Shown: piece after piece, positions 1 through 10,711 of the stretch | How the letters are laid out: each line of letters starts with the position of its first letter | How positions within the stretch are numbered: the first letter of the stretch is position 1 | Virus record (IMG/VR): IMGVR_UViG_3300022602_000076 | Coordinates: 7,721-71,720 of that record | DNA: 64,000 nucleotides | Reading direction: 5' to 3' (one strand) | DNA from: a virus | Notes under the pieces: model-generated | Database searches by the model: none | Told to the model about the DNA's origin: nothing | The model's input: only the letters and a program-made list of their open reading frames with translations | Translations under genes and position numbers: made by a program

Positions 1-65
1 TGCATCAACAGATCACACACATCTGTTTCATTGAAAATCATTTCGCCGAATTTATTTTGTATCAT
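1..65 (-). CDS. 5' fragment of a gene running off the window edge (MIQNKFGEMIFNETDVCDLLM...)
   Basis: ATG at 65 overlaps the end of the 52..651 ORF; frame open to the window edge. Confidence 0.55.
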   Translation of the reverse strand, partial: MIQNKFGEMIFNETDVCDLLM

Positions 66-651
66 CGTTTTTACTGAAATCTGCAAATACTATGGTGTTG
101 CCAAACTCGGACTTTTCGTCAGTCCAGGCCAAATCTAAATCTCTCCATGACTTGGCAGTGTTCATTGAAACTACCTTGTCCTTATTGACCAGATTAATGT
201 CATAATGATCAAACTTGGGCGAAGTCCACCAGTCTGGCTTTTCAATTTCTGGCTTTTCAATTTCACTGTGTAGGTAAGTTACACCATCACTGAACGCACT
301 GCTCAATTCAGTTTCTACTACAACCATGCGTCCTTCCATGATTGAGTTTAACTTGTAGTATAACATAATTCCAATCACTTGATCAAGCGGCTCATCGTTC
401 AGTGTGGTAACAGTAAGCCCGGCATTGATATAGTTGTCGATGACTTCTGTGTGCTCACTGTTGATAAAAATACTGCTGTCAAGTACATCATGAATAAAAT
501 AATTGATTCGTTCAAATGCTATGTTATGACTATCAGATTCTTGACTAGTGGTCATCATCCATAGTTTTACCTCATAGCTGTTCATTTGCATGGAACCATT
601 GTAGTATACGCCGGCAGTAAAATGTAGTTTGGTTGAAATTCTTGCGTTCAT
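52..651 (-). CDS. Hypothetical phage protein
   Basis: 199-aa ORF, ATGA-coupled to upstream ORF. Confidence 0.75.
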   Translation of the reverse strand: MNARISTKLHFTAGVYYNGSMQMNSYEVKLWMMTTSQESDSHNIAFERINYFIHDVLDSSIFINSEHTEVIDNYINAGLTVTTLNDEPLDQVIGIMLYYKLNSIMEGRMVVVETELSSAFSDGVTYLHSEIEKPEIEKPDWWTSPKFDHYDINLVNKDKVVSMNTAKSWRDLDLAWTDEKSEFGNTIVFADFSKNDDTK

Positions 652-869
652 GAAATGTTGATTATTTCGTCAAAGTTGTTGTTGTCGTTGCCACGAATTT
701 TATCGTTGTACTTCATCTGGTGGCTGTCAATGGCCATGCGAATTTGGTTGCACAGATCATTATTGCCCATGCGCCAGGCAATGCTTAGTTTTTTGTTGAG
801 TTCGGATATTCGTTCTAACAGTTGTTCTTCTGTTAGATTGTCTAGACTAGGTATTAACGGATGTTCCAT
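648..869 (-). CDS. Hypothetical protein (leaderless start)
   Basis: 73-aa ORF; ATG 6 nt after a TACAAT -10 box. Confidence 0.7.
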   Translation of the reverse strand: MEHPLIPSLDNLTEEQLLERISELNKKLSIAWRMGNNDLCNQIRMAIDSHQMKYNDKIRGNDNNNFDEIINIS

Positions 870-875
870 GTACTA

Positions 876-904
876 ATTGTACAAGATAATACTAGTCTAG
901 TCAA
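876..904 (-). promoter_or_regulatory. sigma70-type promoter
   Basis: TTGACT-N17-TACAAT. Confidence 0.7.
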
Positions 905-910
905 TGGATT

Positions 911-1804
911 TTAGGCAAATGCTGCACCATTGTTGCCAATACAGAACCATTTGGAGTCAACATACTGTAGTATGCAACCAGATCCTCTTGTGCTAAAAGT
1001 AATGGTTCCAGTCCCACTTGCTTTCCATCCTGCGTTGGTCACAGTTACCACCATGTTACCAGCAGTGATATCCACTGCTGAGAATGTTTTGATTTGACCT
1101 GCAACACCTGCAGCCAAAGTTGTTGCTTCTGTGCCAGCAGTGCTGAAATAGCTGGAAGTGGTTGCCAAATTGGCTGCAACACTTGGGGCTAAATCTTCTG
1201 ATGTGTTGTTGAATGGTGTTATCAATATATTGGCTTGACTAACGCTGACTGTGGTTCCGCCATCACTTGTGGTAAATTCAAATGAATATGTACCGGCAGC
1301 AGCAAAACTCAGGATACTGGTGCTGGTATTGAAACCTTGGATTCCAATTGCGTTAATAGTGACTGATGCAGGGAATTGAACCGTGTGCGAAGCTGATGCC
1401 ACTGTGATTTGCACCACAATAGATGCTGCTTTACCAGCTGAGGGGAAGTTGCTGAATCCCAACACAATACTACCATTGGTAGTAACTGTTTGATATGATC
1501 CCAGTGTGTAATTTAAAGTAACAGATCCACTGAGTGTACCAAGTGCAACTCTGGGTTCATACATGGCTTGCAAGTACCCATTGGTAAGTGTACTGGTCAA
1601 CAAGTTGTTTACAACAGGGTTGGTACTGGTTGCCAAGTCAGTGGTCAAAACAGCGTTGTTCTGTAGTGCAGTAATTTCGTTGGCTGCATACTGAAAATTG
1701 GTTTTCGTGTTGGTAAAGTTGTCACGAAATCCTTGACTATTGTTGTCTTGTCCGGCTACTGGGTAAGCACCATCGATATTGTTTGGGTTAATTGCACTGG
1801 TCAT
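911..1804 (-). CDS. Virion structural/tail protein
   Basis: N-terminal YPVAGQDNNSQGFRDNF motif, Thr/Gly/Asn-rich beta body, AGGA RBS and upstream TAAATA. Confidence 0.7.
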   Translation of the reverse strand: MTSAINPNNIDGAYPVAGQDNNSQGFRDNFTNTKTNFQYAANEITALQNNAVLTTDLATSTNPVVNNLLTSTLTNGYLQAMYEPRVALGTLSGSVTLNYTLGSYQTVTTNGSIVLGFSNFPSAGKAASIVVQITVASASHTVQFPASVTINAIGIQGFNTSTSILSFAAAGTYSFEFTTSDGGTTVSVSQANILITPFNNTSEDLAPSVAANLATTSSYFSTAGTEATTLAAGVAGQIKTFSAVDITAGNMVVTVTNAGWKASGTGTITFSTRGSGCILQYVDSKWFCIGNNGAAFA

Positions 1805-1848
1805 ATGTTATCCTAATTTACTGCTAGTATTTAGCTGGTATTAATACA

Positions 1849-2838
1849 TCAAATTGATTTATACCAAGTGGTAGTAGATGCACGATAGGTGTATTTGTAT
1901 CCAGTTCCAACTGTGGTGCTTCCAGCAAAACTACTGTTTAAAGTTCCTGTTCCGGCTACCAGCGTGACTGTGTTTCCGGCCACAGTGAATCTTGTGATTT
2001 GTCCATCAACTGGTGTAGCAGGCATGTTTACTGTGAATGTGTAGCCAGTGTTGTTGGCCACTAAAAAATTGGTACTTGTTGTTGTGCTTAAATTTCCAGT
2101 CTGTGCGTTGCCTGTTATGTTGATATAGTTAGGATTAACAACTTCTAGACCTGTGTTCTTGGCTCCAACAGATGTTATGTTACCAGTAACACTGAGTGCA
2201 CCGCCTGAACTGAGTCCAGCTAATAACACATTAGCAATACCACTGTTGTAGAACAATATACCATCTGCGCTACCGGCACTTATACGAGCATTTCCTGTGA
2301 GATAATCAAGTACTACACCGTCGGTATATGGGCCAGCATATGAGCTAGTGGCTTCTACACCATTGGCTGATGTCACATATCCGTTGGCAATTAAATTTCC
2401 GCCGGCTATATTAGCAGTGGTAATAATATTGCCTATTGCGCTTATAATACCCGATGCAACTATACTACCATTTGAAATTATATTACTGCCAGTTATTGAT
2501 CCAGTAACAGTGACCAGTCCACTGACATGTCCACTGCCAGTGTAGGAATTTCCAGTGGTACTTATAATACCTGCAGTGAATAAATTTCCGCCAGTGACAT
2601 TGCCCACAAAATTAACATCGCTTGTGGTTGTTAAATTGCCAGTTGCTATATATCCAGCAGTTATATTGCCAGAAACAACTAGATTCCCTAGAGTACCAAC
2701 TGATGTTATGGCTGGTTGCGCACTAGCAGTGACTACTCCTGCCGAGTCAGAATACGCTTGTACATTAGCAAAGTTAGCATCCAGCTCACTTAGTTGTATG
2801 TTACCAGTTTGGTTTTGAAATATATATGGTACGGTCAT
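1849..2838 (-). CDS. Tail fibre-like structural protein
   Basis: LSELDANF N-terminus and repeated GNI(T/V)GGN-type fibre repeats. Confidence 0.65.
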   Translation of the reverse strand: MTVPYIFQNQTGNIQLSELDANFANVQAYSDSAGVVTASAQPAITSVGTLGNLVVSGNITAGYIATGNLTTTSDVNFVGNVTGGNLFTAGIISTTGNSYTGSGHVSGLVTVTGSITGSNIISNGSIVASGIISAIGNIITTANIAGGNLIANGYVTSANGVEATSSYAGPYTDGVVLDYLTGNARISAGSADGILFYNSGIANVLLAGLSSGGALSVTGNITSVGAKNTGLEVVNPNYINITGNAQTGNLSTTTSTNFLVANNTGYTFTVNMPATPVDGQITRFTVAGNTVTLVAGTGTLNSSFAGSTTVGTGYKYTYRASTTTWYKSI

Positions 2839-2850
2839 GTTTGATACTCT

Positions 2851-5418
2851 TTATTCGTTGGTCCATTCCACTATGGAGCTATAGGAATTTACCCATACCA
2901 CAGTGTTAGCTGAATTATTTATCCAGCTAACATAGCTGGGATCGGTCACAATTGTCCGCAACGGACCTGTGTTGATAATGTTGCGTTTGGGGAACAACAG
3001 ATACTTGTCATAGACTTGAGTATTGGTATACATGTCAACTGGTGCAATAAACTGTAGACTATTGCCGTCAAATGTGGTTGGTTGTCCGTTGTAGTTGCTT
3101 TGCCATCCTACTATTTCAGCATCATCATTGACCCATTGTACAGGGCTATGCGAGTTATTGACCCATCGATCAAACATACCAGTGCCGCCTTGATCAAATC
3201 TTGTGTACTCAGGTGGTTGTGGTACCCAGTGCTCCTCGCCTGCGTCCCAATTATGACTCAACAATCTGTCTAGTTCATAACGGTCAGCTTGATAATCAAT
3301 GAGATTCAATCGTTCGCCATAGGCCTGTTTGATGTTGTAGGCAATTTGCCCGCTTTGATTTGGCAATGTATAACAGATCACCCAAGCAGGTGTAAATCCC
3401 AGGGTTTGACCATTGGATTGTTTTGATACCATCCATTGCGGTAAAATATTGCTGACCTGCCCCACAGTGTCAATGACTTGTGTGCGCATGTCTTGCAGAC
3501 TATTAGGATAAACCACTTGAACTTCCTCGCCATTAGCCATCACCGGAAACGCTAGGTCTACTTGTTTGCTGACACTTTCACCATGGTTGTTGACAAGATT
3601 GTCAATGATTCTACTGTACACAATTTCGTAGAGAATATTTCCGTTTGAATCCAGAGCCTGCGCAGTTTCAATACTGCCCAAGGTTAGATTTTTCCAATAG
3701 TGATTTAGATTCAAACTGTCAACATAGGCATCAAGAGTGGCATCAGTCAATCCATAGGCATTGTAGTATTTTATATTTGTTGCCACACCAAAATTTGGAT
3801 CGTTGTAACGATAAATCAATGCAGGATTAAACACTGTGGTGTCTTGCAAGAAAGTAGATATAAAGTTTCTATTATTCTGCGGGGGCATTGCCTGTATGTA
3901 AAGATTGTCATAGGGCTCGTTGTACACGCGATTTACTGTTATAGTAAATGTTTTGCTGACATTGACAACACCATTGTTGCTGTAGGCATTGACTGTGAAT
4001 GTGTTTACTAGGTCAAATGTTGTGGGCTGATGTATACCTGTTCTAGGATCTGTGTACACATTGTAGTGAGGATTTACAGTGACATCAAAAGTGGTCTTGC
4101 CTTCGTCCAGTGCAAAGGTATCAAAACTCACATGTCCTGCTATTTCGCCTGATGGTAATAATTGCAAACCTTGAGGTAATTTACTGTTGCTGCCAGACAG
4201 TAGTTGATACTGTAATGATAAACCGTAACTGTTAACTGCGGCAACATAAAAAGTACTCACTGCACCATTGTTGATAGTACCCAAATCACTGTCAACCAAC
4301 CATGTGATATCACTGCTGATTGGTCCAATAACAGTTAAACTATACGAATAAGGATTGCTTATAACATCTTCGTATTCTGCTTTGTATACTCTAACATTGA
4401 ATGGATAAGATGACTCTATCAATCCTAGATTTGGAATGTATCCATACAACCATCCAGAGTTGGGATCAAGTGTCAGTCCTGGTGGGGTTGTATTGGCAAC
4501 AAATTTTATTTGATCGCCATCAAAGTCCACTGCTTGGATTTGGAACGCAAAGAAATTGTCATTGCGTACTGTGCCAATTGATCCAGTGGGTGTGGTGATA
4601 ACTGGAATACGCTGAGGACTTACATCTGCAGTTACAAATGTATTGTCGGCAGTGAGATAAGCATTGTCAGCCGTCATTGAGTTTCGACTATACACAAGAA
4701 TACTAAATGTTCTTAGGTTATTAGCCACACCATTGCTGACACGCAGAGTAAATTCATATGTGACATTGGTACTTTGTGTGTCAAAGTCAAATCCATATTC
4801 ATCAAATCCTTGAAAGTCTCTGCTGTATCCAGGTATTGCATTTGTTCCTGTGTTGGGATATATCAAGCCAGAAATAACTCCATCGGGTGCTATAGATAAT
4901 CCTGGAGGTAAAGATCCTGCTGCCAAGGTCACAACTGCTTTGGCGTAGATATCAGGATCAAAAGTTTCAATCTGAAGATCTGTTACTTGTGAACCATCAA
5001 AATAGGTGGCAATCTGTCCTGCTGGTGTTATAAATTCCGGAGTATTTTGTCCAGTTACTGTGATACTGAATGTTCTGTCGGCCAGTCGATTTACCACAGT
5101 TATTCCATTCACAGTCTTTTCTGTGTAGGCTCTCACTGCAAATTGACTGGTAGTGTCAGCTGGTACTGGGTAAGGCACGCCTTGGATTGTTGTAGTTTGT
5201 AAGGTAGGAGATGCAAACAACAAAGATTGAGGTGTTCCTGCAAGAATTCCGTCTTCGTTGATCTGTATGCCATTGGGCAGTTGACCAGCAATGACTTTGA
5301 AATAAACAGTATCAACATCATCAGGATCGTATGCCACCAAAGGAATAGAATAAAATACTCCTTCGGGTATTGTTCCCAATGTGCCTGGTGGTGTTTCCCA
5401 AACTGGTTGTGCTGACAT
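2851..5418 (-). CDS. Putative Ig-repeat (He_PIG-like) baseplate/virion protein
   Basis: Repeated GxLPxGLxLxxxGxIxG modules (GQLPNGIQINEDG, GSLPPGLSIAPDG, KLPQGLQLLPSG). Confidence 0.75.
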   Translation of the reverse strand: MSAQPVWETPPGTLGTIPEGVFYSIPLVAYDPDDVDTVYFKVIAGQLPNGIQINEDGILAGTPQSLLFASPTLQTTTIQGVPYPVPADTTSQFAVRAYTEKTVNGITVVNRLADRTFSITVTGQNTPEFITPAGQIATYFDGSQVTDLQIETFDPDIYAKAVVTLAAGSLPPGLSIAPDGVISGLIYPNTGTNAIPGYSRDFQGFDEYGFDFDTQSTNVTYEFTLRVSNGVANNLRTFSILVYSRNSMTADNAYLTADNTFVTADVSPQRIPVITTPTGSIGTVRNDNFFAFQIQAVDFDGDQIKFVANTTPPGLTLDPNSGWLYGYIPNLGLIESSYPFNVRVYKAEYEDVISNPYSYSLTVIGPISSDITWLVDSDLGTINNGAVSTFYVAAVNSYGLSLQYQLLSGSNSKLPQGLQLLPSGEIAGHVSFDTFALDEGKTTFDVTVNPHYNVYTDPRTGIHQPTTFDLVNTFTVNAYSNNGVVNVSKTFTITVNRVYNEPYDNLYIQAMPPQNNRNFISTFLQDTTVFNPALIYRYNDPNFGVATNIKYYNAYGLTDATLDAYVDSLNLNHYWKNLTLGSIETAQALDSNGNILYEIVYSRIIDNLVNNHGESVSKQVDLAFPVMANGEEVQVVYPNSLQDMRTQVIDTVGQVSNILPQWMVSKQSNGQTLGFTPAWVICYTLPNQSGQIAYNIKQAYGERLNLIDYQADRYELDRLLSHNWDAGEEHWVPQPPEYTRFDQGGTGMFDRWVNNSHSPVQWVNDDAEIVGWQSNYNGQPTTFDGNSLQFIAPVDMYTNTQVYDKYLLFPKRNIINTGPLRTIVTDPSYVSWINNSANTVVWVNSYSSIVEWTNE

Positions 5419-5423
5419 ATTAA

Positions 5424-7844
5424 TTAGACTCTTCCAACTACAATTTCTATTGTTCCAAAATCGCCATCAAAGGTTTCAAGTGCTTTGCCAATTATGGTAC
5501 CAGGCAATGGATGTTTTTCAGCTCTTGCTACTCCATTACCAGCAGACACCATTAACGAACCTTTTGATACAGGTCCTTGTACCTGACACGGAACCCTGCC
5601 GACCAATGCTACGGTTGTAACATACTCACCTTCCAATCCTGTATTCATGTTGTAGGCTGGGTTTGTAGAAACCACACCTGCCACTGCTGGATCCTGATCT
5701 GTGTCACAGAATGTGACTTCATTTGGTCCACCAAAACTCACAACAGTTCCAGGAACATAATATGCATCTCCAAGATAACATTCTGCCAAGTCAGCGTATT
5801 GTGCTGATGTTGCTTTGGCAAACACAGTATTGAAATATCTACTGTTGCTACCAATGTTACCAACTGCATTTGCACCACCGTTGACAATGGCAGTGGCAGC
5901 GTTACCACTGTTGACTGTGATAATACCTGGGGTTATCAAATTACCAACATTGGCATTGTTGGTCACAAACAAAGAATTGTTGGAAGCTATTCCACCAGTG
6001 ACAACCATTGTACCTGTTGTAGCAGTAGTTGACTGAGTGTTTGGCGCATTGATTTTGATAGCGACATCATTTTGTGTGCTGCCACCACTGATAATTCTTA
6101 TCTGAGATCCTGCATCTGGAGTACCAATAACCATGTCACTAGGATTGCCCCCGGCAACATTACCTACCACATACAAGTAAGCATCGTTGGGAGTCACTGA
6201 ATTGCCAAGTGCGTTATCTAATATGGCCACTGCTCCATTATAGGTACTGCCTGCAATACCCATGTCAAAGTAGTAGGTATTGTCGTCACCGTTGTTGGAT
6301 GTTAGGATGTAATCAGTTGTGGAAGTATTTCCAGCACTGATGTTTTGATTGTTGATCTGACTGTACCCATTGTAACTAGAAATATAGTTGACAACTGATT
6401 GTGGCAACAAGTTGAATCCAGATGGAAGACCCGCATACAATGCGTTGAAACCAGTGGATGCATTACCAAAGAACTGACCAGAGTTACCAGATACCTGGGT
6501 AATATTACCAGCAATTGTGGTGTTACCTGACACATACAGGTTACCAATCACTGCGTTACCTGTTGACATAGAAATACCACCAGGGGTGATATTACCACTC
6601 ACTGCCAAACTTGTCAGGGTACCCACCGCAGTAATACTGGTCTGACTACCGTTTGATAGTGTGCCAGAGATTGTGTTGCCAATGATATTGTTGGCAGTGA
6701 CATTGCCAGTGACGCTGACTGCAGCACCTGTGTGAATGTTGGCAGAAATATTTCCGCCTGAATTAATGTTACCTGCCAACAGTGTAGCATTGGTATAGAT
6801 ATTTCCGGCAGAAGTAATTATACCACCTGTGACAATATTACCGCCTATGACATTGCCAGTTGCAGTGACCAAGCCAGCAGTGTTAACATTACCACCTCTG
6901 ACATTGCCACCTGCACTGACTACACCAGCAGTAAGAATGTTGCTTGCAACAACATTGCCGCCAGCACTTACCAAAGCGCCAGTTAGTACATTACCACCTG
7001 TGATATTGCCAGTGGCAACAACTTGAGCACCAGTTGTTAGATTACCAGCAATTACATTTCCTTGTGAACTGATAATGCCTAACACAATAAATGTATTGGC
7101 ATCTTTGTTGTAGATCATACCACCAACGGCATCAGCGTTTCCATTGGTGTTGAACAATACTTCTGTGTTTGATCCTGGAACTGTAAAGTTACCTGTGATG
7201 TTACCCGCAAAGTCTCCAACAAAATATCCTGCGGTATAAATGTTACCTGTGGCAGAAACTGTTCCTTGTACATTGACATTACCCGATACATTAGCATCGC
7301 GTGTGATAGCAATATAATCACCAGCAATATTACCTGTGTACACTGGCAAGAAGTCACCAACATTGGCGTTTGAGTAAGTGGCTGGCAGCCCAGTTAAGAA
7401 TGCACCGTTACCCAAGAAATAGTTACTGGAGATATTGCCAATGGCACTGACTACACCTTTTATCGCAACTCCAGAACTGGAAAATACTGCTACATTGCTA
7501 GTACCATGAATACTGACATTTGCGTTGCCATTGATATCAGCAATTTGTATTGTACTGTTGCCGTTTTGAATCTGTGTTGCTGATACATTTCCCAGCGATG
7601 TAAGCTCGGCCCAAATAATGCTTGACCCGTCGTAGTTGGCAAAGCAATAGAAAAAATAACTAGAATTATAAGCATACATGCCGGCTTGGTCGCCAACACT
7701 ACCTACCAAAGTTGTGGGCGGATTTGTCTGCACACGACTGTATAATTGGCTGAAATTGTCGTTTGATTTGATAAAAGCCGTGCGTATAGGATCGCCCTGC
7801 CCGTCATTTGGTGCGGTTCCTACATTAATTATTTGTTGAGCCAT
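5424..7844 (-). CDS. Tail fibre with baseplate-anchor N-terminus and C-terminal intramolecular chaperone (peptidase G2/IMC-like)
   Basis: INVGTAPNDGQGDPIRTAF anchor; GNVxGGN repeats; AQYADLAE...VGRVPCQV...IIGKAL C-terminus; TAAATA upstream. Confidence 0.8.
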   Translation of the reverse strand: MAQQIINVGTAPNDGQGDPIRTAFIKSNDNFSQLYSRVQTNPPTTLVGSVGDQAGMYAYNSSYFFYCFANYDGSSIIWAELTSLGNVSATQIQNGNSTIQIADINGNANVSIHGTSNVAVFSSSGVAIKGVVSAIGNISSNYFLGNGAFLTGLPATYSNANVGDFLPVYTGNIAGDYIAITRDANVSGNVNVQGTVSATGNIYTAGYFVGDFAGNITGNFTVPGSNTEVLFNTNGNADAVGGMIYNKDANTFIVLGIISSQGNVIAGNLTTGAQVVATGNITGGNVLTGALVSAGGNVVASNILTAGVVSAGGNVRGGNVNTAGLVTATGNVIGGNIVTGGIITSAGNIYTNATLLAGNINSGGNISANIHTGAAVSVTGNVTANNIIGNTISGTLSNGSQTSITAVGTLTSLAVSGNITPGGISMSTGNAVIGNLYVSGNTTIAGNITQVSGNSGQFFGNASTGFNALYAGLPSGFNLLPQSVVNYISSYNGYSQINNQNISAGNTSTTDYILTSNNGDDNTYYFDMGIAGSTYNGAVAILDNALGNSVTPNDAYLYVVGNVAGGNPSDMVIGTPDAGSQIRIISGGSTQNDVAIKINAPNTQSTTATTGTMVVTGGIASNNSLFVTNNANVGNLITPGIITVNSGNAATAIVNGGANAVGNIGSNSRYFNTVFAKATSAQYADLAECYLGDAYYVPGTVVSFGGPNEVTFCDTDQDPAVAGVVSTNPAYNMNTGLEGEYVTTVALVGRVPCQVQGPVSKGSLMVSAGNGVARAEKHPLPGTIIGKALETFDGDFGTIEIVVGRV

Positions 7845-7899
7845 AGATAGTCGTCCTCTGGTGTATTTACCAGATTACACAGGCTCTGAGATTTAGGGA

Positions 7900-8226
7900 T
7901 TAATGTGGGCTAAAGCTAGATCCGCAACCACAGGTAGTTTGTGCGTTGGGATTATCAATTACAAAGCTGCTGCCGTAGACATCTTCTTTGTAGTTCACAG
8001 TTGCACCAGTGAGATACTGGCCACTCATTGAGTCTACCAGCACTTTTACACCGTTGAATTCTAGGTCCCAATCGTCTTCGTTGGCAACTTCATCAAAGGT
8101 AAATCCGTATTGCATACCCGAACATCCGCCACCCTGTACGAATACTCTGAGTTTGAGATTTGGGTTGTTTTCTTCAGCAATAAGATCTTTTAATTTGCTG
8201 GTAGCTGATTCTGTTAATGTCATCAT
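7900..8226 (-). CDS. erpA: A-type Fe-S carrier (ErpA/IscA, HesB family)
   Basis: [17 protein letters not shown] and TTCGCGSSF motifs. Confidence 0.93.
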   Translation of the reverse strand: MMTLTESATSKLKDLIAEENNPNLKLRVFVQGGGCSGMQYGFTFDEVANEDDWDLEFNGVKVLVDSMSGQYLTGATVNYKEDVYGSSFVIDNPNAQTTCGCGSSFSPH

Positions 8227-8783
8227 AGTCTTTCGTTACAAACATCCCAATCGATGATTTTCCATATATTATCTAGGTACTTTTCTTTGTCCCATTGGTA
8301 GTCCAGGCTCCAGGCATGTTCCCACCAGTCAACCAACACACAAATATCTGTGCGAACTGCATGATTAGCTATGGTTTTGATAGCACCACTGGTACTCAAA
8401 TAAACCCAACCAGACCCTTGAATTTTCATTGCAGCTTCTTTGAATGCAATTTTAAAGTCTTCGTAGGTTTTAAAATGCTCTTCAATGAGAGCCAGTACTG
8501 CTCCTCGTGGACGATTTGCGCCCTTGGGTGCACGAAGTTGTGGAAAGAATTTGTTGTGCAAAAAGCTGCCAGCACGATTAAAATCAGGGTTTCCTTCGCC
8601 GGCATTGTAGCGTTTGGCATAGCCTTTGGCCAGGTGTTCAAAGTGATAGTTGATGGTTTCCTTACTCATCACTGGCTCTAGCGCCTTTTCTGAATAAGGC
8701 AAAGGCGTAGTTTCTAGTTTAGCTGGTCTAGTACTTGCTTCGACCATGTAAACAAAATCCATTATTGAGTTTGATGTTTCCAT
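8223..8783 (-). CDS. sod: Fe/Mn superoxide dismutase with N-terminal extension
   Basis: [30 protein letters not shown] motifs. Confidence 0.9.
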   Translation of the reverse strand: METSNSIMDFVYMVEASTRPAKLETTPLPYSEKALEPVMSKETINYHFEHLAKGYAKRYNAGEGNPDFNRAGSFLHNKFFPQLRAPKGANRPRGAVLALIEEHFKTYEDFKIAFKEAAMKIQGSGWVYLSTSGAIKTIANHAVRTDICVLVDWWEHAWSLDYQWDKEKYLDNIWKIIDWDVCNERL

Positions 8784-8791
8784 AATGATAT

Positions 8792-9010
8792 TTATCTGCG
8801 TCTGACTATGCGTCCACGAGTCAGATCGTAAGGACTAAATTCCATTTCGACTGTGTCGCCGGCTAGAACTTTGATATTATGTTGGCGCATACGCCCATTT
8901 AATGTTGCCAATATGGGTTTGTCAAACCCATCTACTTTTATCCTGTATGTGGTGTTGCGTAAGACTTCTGCTACTACACCTTCCATTTTTATAAAATCGT
9001 CTTTACTCAA
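8792..9010 (-). CDS. infA: Translation initiation factor IF-1
   Basis: MSKDDFIKMEGVVAEVL...GRMRQHNIKVLAGDTVEMEFSPYDLTRGRI. Confidence 0.95.
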   Translation of the reverse strand: MSKDDFIKMEGVVAEVLRNTTYRIKVDGFDKPILATLNGRMRQHNIKVLAGDTVEMEFSPYDLTRGRIVRRR

Positions 9011-9362
9011 TTGAGAACGCTATCTTTCGTAATCTGTCCCATCTAAAGCTACGCCACCCATTGGCGTTGCAATCCCAAACTACACAAGTTTCTTTTTTGT
9101 CTATTAGTTTGGATTCGTTTGCGGGTTCTTTATTTACATGTTTAGCGCCTAATGACTCGTTTAAGGTACAGGTCATTGAACGCACAGTACCATCAGCTTT
9201 GGTAAACTCAATTTGAACTGTTGATTCATTGAGCGTACCGTACATCCAGTTTCTAAGTTCTTGGCGGCCAGCATCATCTGCTTCTTGGTACCAGTTTCCT
9301 GTCTCTCCTTGAAGTAAACGCCAAGTTTCGTTTTTATTAAATTCTTCTGGGCTAAATGTCAT
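9003..9362 (-). CDS. WYL_2/Sm-like SH3-fold phage protein
   Basis: FTKADGTVRSMTCTL...VWD...GWRSFR motif. Confidence 0.75.
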   Translation of the reverse strand: MTFSPEEFNKNETWRLLQGETGNWYQEADDAGRQELRNWMYGTLNESTVQIEFTKADGTVRSMTCTLNESLGAKHVNKEPANESKLIDKKETCVVWDCNANGWRSFRWDRLRKIAFSIE

Positions 9363-9751
9363 CGTCTCATCCTTGAAATATCTACGGCTTGTTCGTCTGA
9401 AAAAACTGGCACGGCATTGCTCTTGTGCATGGTAGCAATACCTTTGACTTTGGTTCCTGTGTAAACTTTAGGTGCGGCCAATGTGGCTACTCCGGCACCA
9501 GAATTTAAACTGGGAATATGATTGGTGGTTGTGCGGCCAGCCGGTGTGCTGAGCTTGTAGGTCAAGGGCTCGGCTTTTAGTGCACGACTGCGCCGTTTTT
9601 CGTCAGCATCTATACCTTGTTTTTTAAGCAATTCTTTCCAACTGGCTTCTAATTCACGGGCTTTGCGAGCTTCGTCTGCATTGCGGAATTTTACTTTGCC
9701 CTTGCGTTTGCCGTTCAAACTCAAACTAGGGTGGTGTAAGTGCATGCTCAT
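9359..9751 (-). CDS. Basic hypothetical phage protein
   Basis: 130-aa ORF ending YTGTKVKGIATMHKSNAVPVF, a motif seen in T4-like phages. Confidence 0.7.
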   Translation of the reverse strand: MSMHLHHPSLSLNGKRKGKVKFRNADEARKARELEASWKELLKKQGIDADEKRRSRALKAEPLTYKLSTPAGRTTTNHIPSLNSGAGVATLAAPKVYTGTKVKGIATMHKSNAVPVFSDEQAVDISRMRR

Positions 9752-9780
9752 AGGATCAACTTGTAGTTAAATATGCATAT

Positions 9781-9809
9781 ATTATAACACAAATTGATCC
9801 CAGAGTCAA
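9781..9809 (-). promoter_or_regulatory. sigma70-type promoter
   Basis: TTGACT-N17-TATAAT. Confidence 0.8.
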
Positions 9810-9812
9810 CCG

Positions 9813-10136
9813 TTATTTGAACAGTATTAACGCCATTAAACCGGCTTGAATCATAAAACCCACACCAATTGTAATGATATTTAGAGCATCTTTGAGTATG
9901 ACTGCTCGTCCAAACATTAGTATAAGCCCAGCCCACATGAAAAGCACAATGTCCAAATTGGGTGTGCGATCACTGAGTCCAGATAGCAAACTCAACAAAG
10001 TGGGAATAGTGGCGCAATGAATAATAACTGTGGCCAACCATCCCAGAGTTTCTGCTGAAATTTTAGGCAAGTGCTCATCGATAAATTGTCTCAGACCTTG
10101 AACTGCTAGTTCAATTTGTACAAGTCCAAACTTCAT
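9813..10136 (-). CDS. Small multi-pass membrane protein next to the cell wall hydrolase
   Basis: Three hydrophobic segments; ATGA-coupled. Confidence 0.65.
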   Translation of the reverse strand: MKFGLVQIELAVQGLRQFIDEHLPKISAETLGWLATVIIHCATIPTLLSLLSGLSDRTPNLDIVLFMWAGLILMFGRAVILKDALNIITIGVGFMIQAGLMALILFK

Positions 10137-10711
10137 ACTCGTTCTCCATAAAATATGTGATGTCCAATTTGAGCAATGGGTGGTTTACTCCATTGCGGTT
10201 TTAAATAGTCTGCATGAAAATACATGGCCTTTTGCAGGCTGGGCAAGCGAAAGCCTTCCAACAATACTTTTTTGGCTACTTCTTCGCTTTCTTTCCAAAG
10301 TACTCCGTACACTGGTTTTGTTTTGTATGTTCCATCGCAGTACCAGCTGAACTGGCAAATTACTTTTTCGTAAACAACATTTTTTTGGTAAACCACGCCA
10401 CAGATGTCATGCGCAAAATGTCCAGACTCAACTCTGTTCATAGTGACCTGTGCCACTGCTACTTTGCCTTCAAATGACTCGCTGGCTGCTTCCCAGTAGA
10501 TGTTGCGGGTTAGGCAATCTAATTGTTGTGTGCGCTCTTTTACGCTGACATGATCCAGTTGCCATGTCTCGTTGTCTGCTTTTAGATCGTTAAGACGATG
10601 AGTTGTTACATTTACAACTACCACGATAACCATCAAAAGACTTACAAATTTTACTAGTACACTACCCCACTTTTCTAAGATGGTGCAGATGCTGTTGGTT
10701 GATTTAGTCAA
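10133..10711 (-). CDS. SleB-like cell wall hydrolase (Hydrolase_2) with N-terminal membrane anchor
   Basis: CLTRNIYWEAASE, VAQVTMNRV, CQFSWYC, IGHHIFY; TTG start after AAGGAG. Confidence 0.9.
   Translation of the reverse strand: MTKSTNSICTILEKWGSVLVKFVSLLMVIVVVVNVTTHRLNDLKADNETWQLDHVSVKERTQQLDCLTRNIYWEAASESFEGKVAVAQVTMNRVESGHFAHDICGVVYQKNVVYEKVICQFSWYCDGTYKTKPVYGVLWKESEEVAKKVLLEGFRLPSLQKAMYFHADYLKPQWSKPPIAQIGHHIFYGERV

Noticed and set aside
233-262. 15-bp tandem duplication
   Set aside because: Simple in-frame duplication (EIEKP twice) with no sign of a larger array
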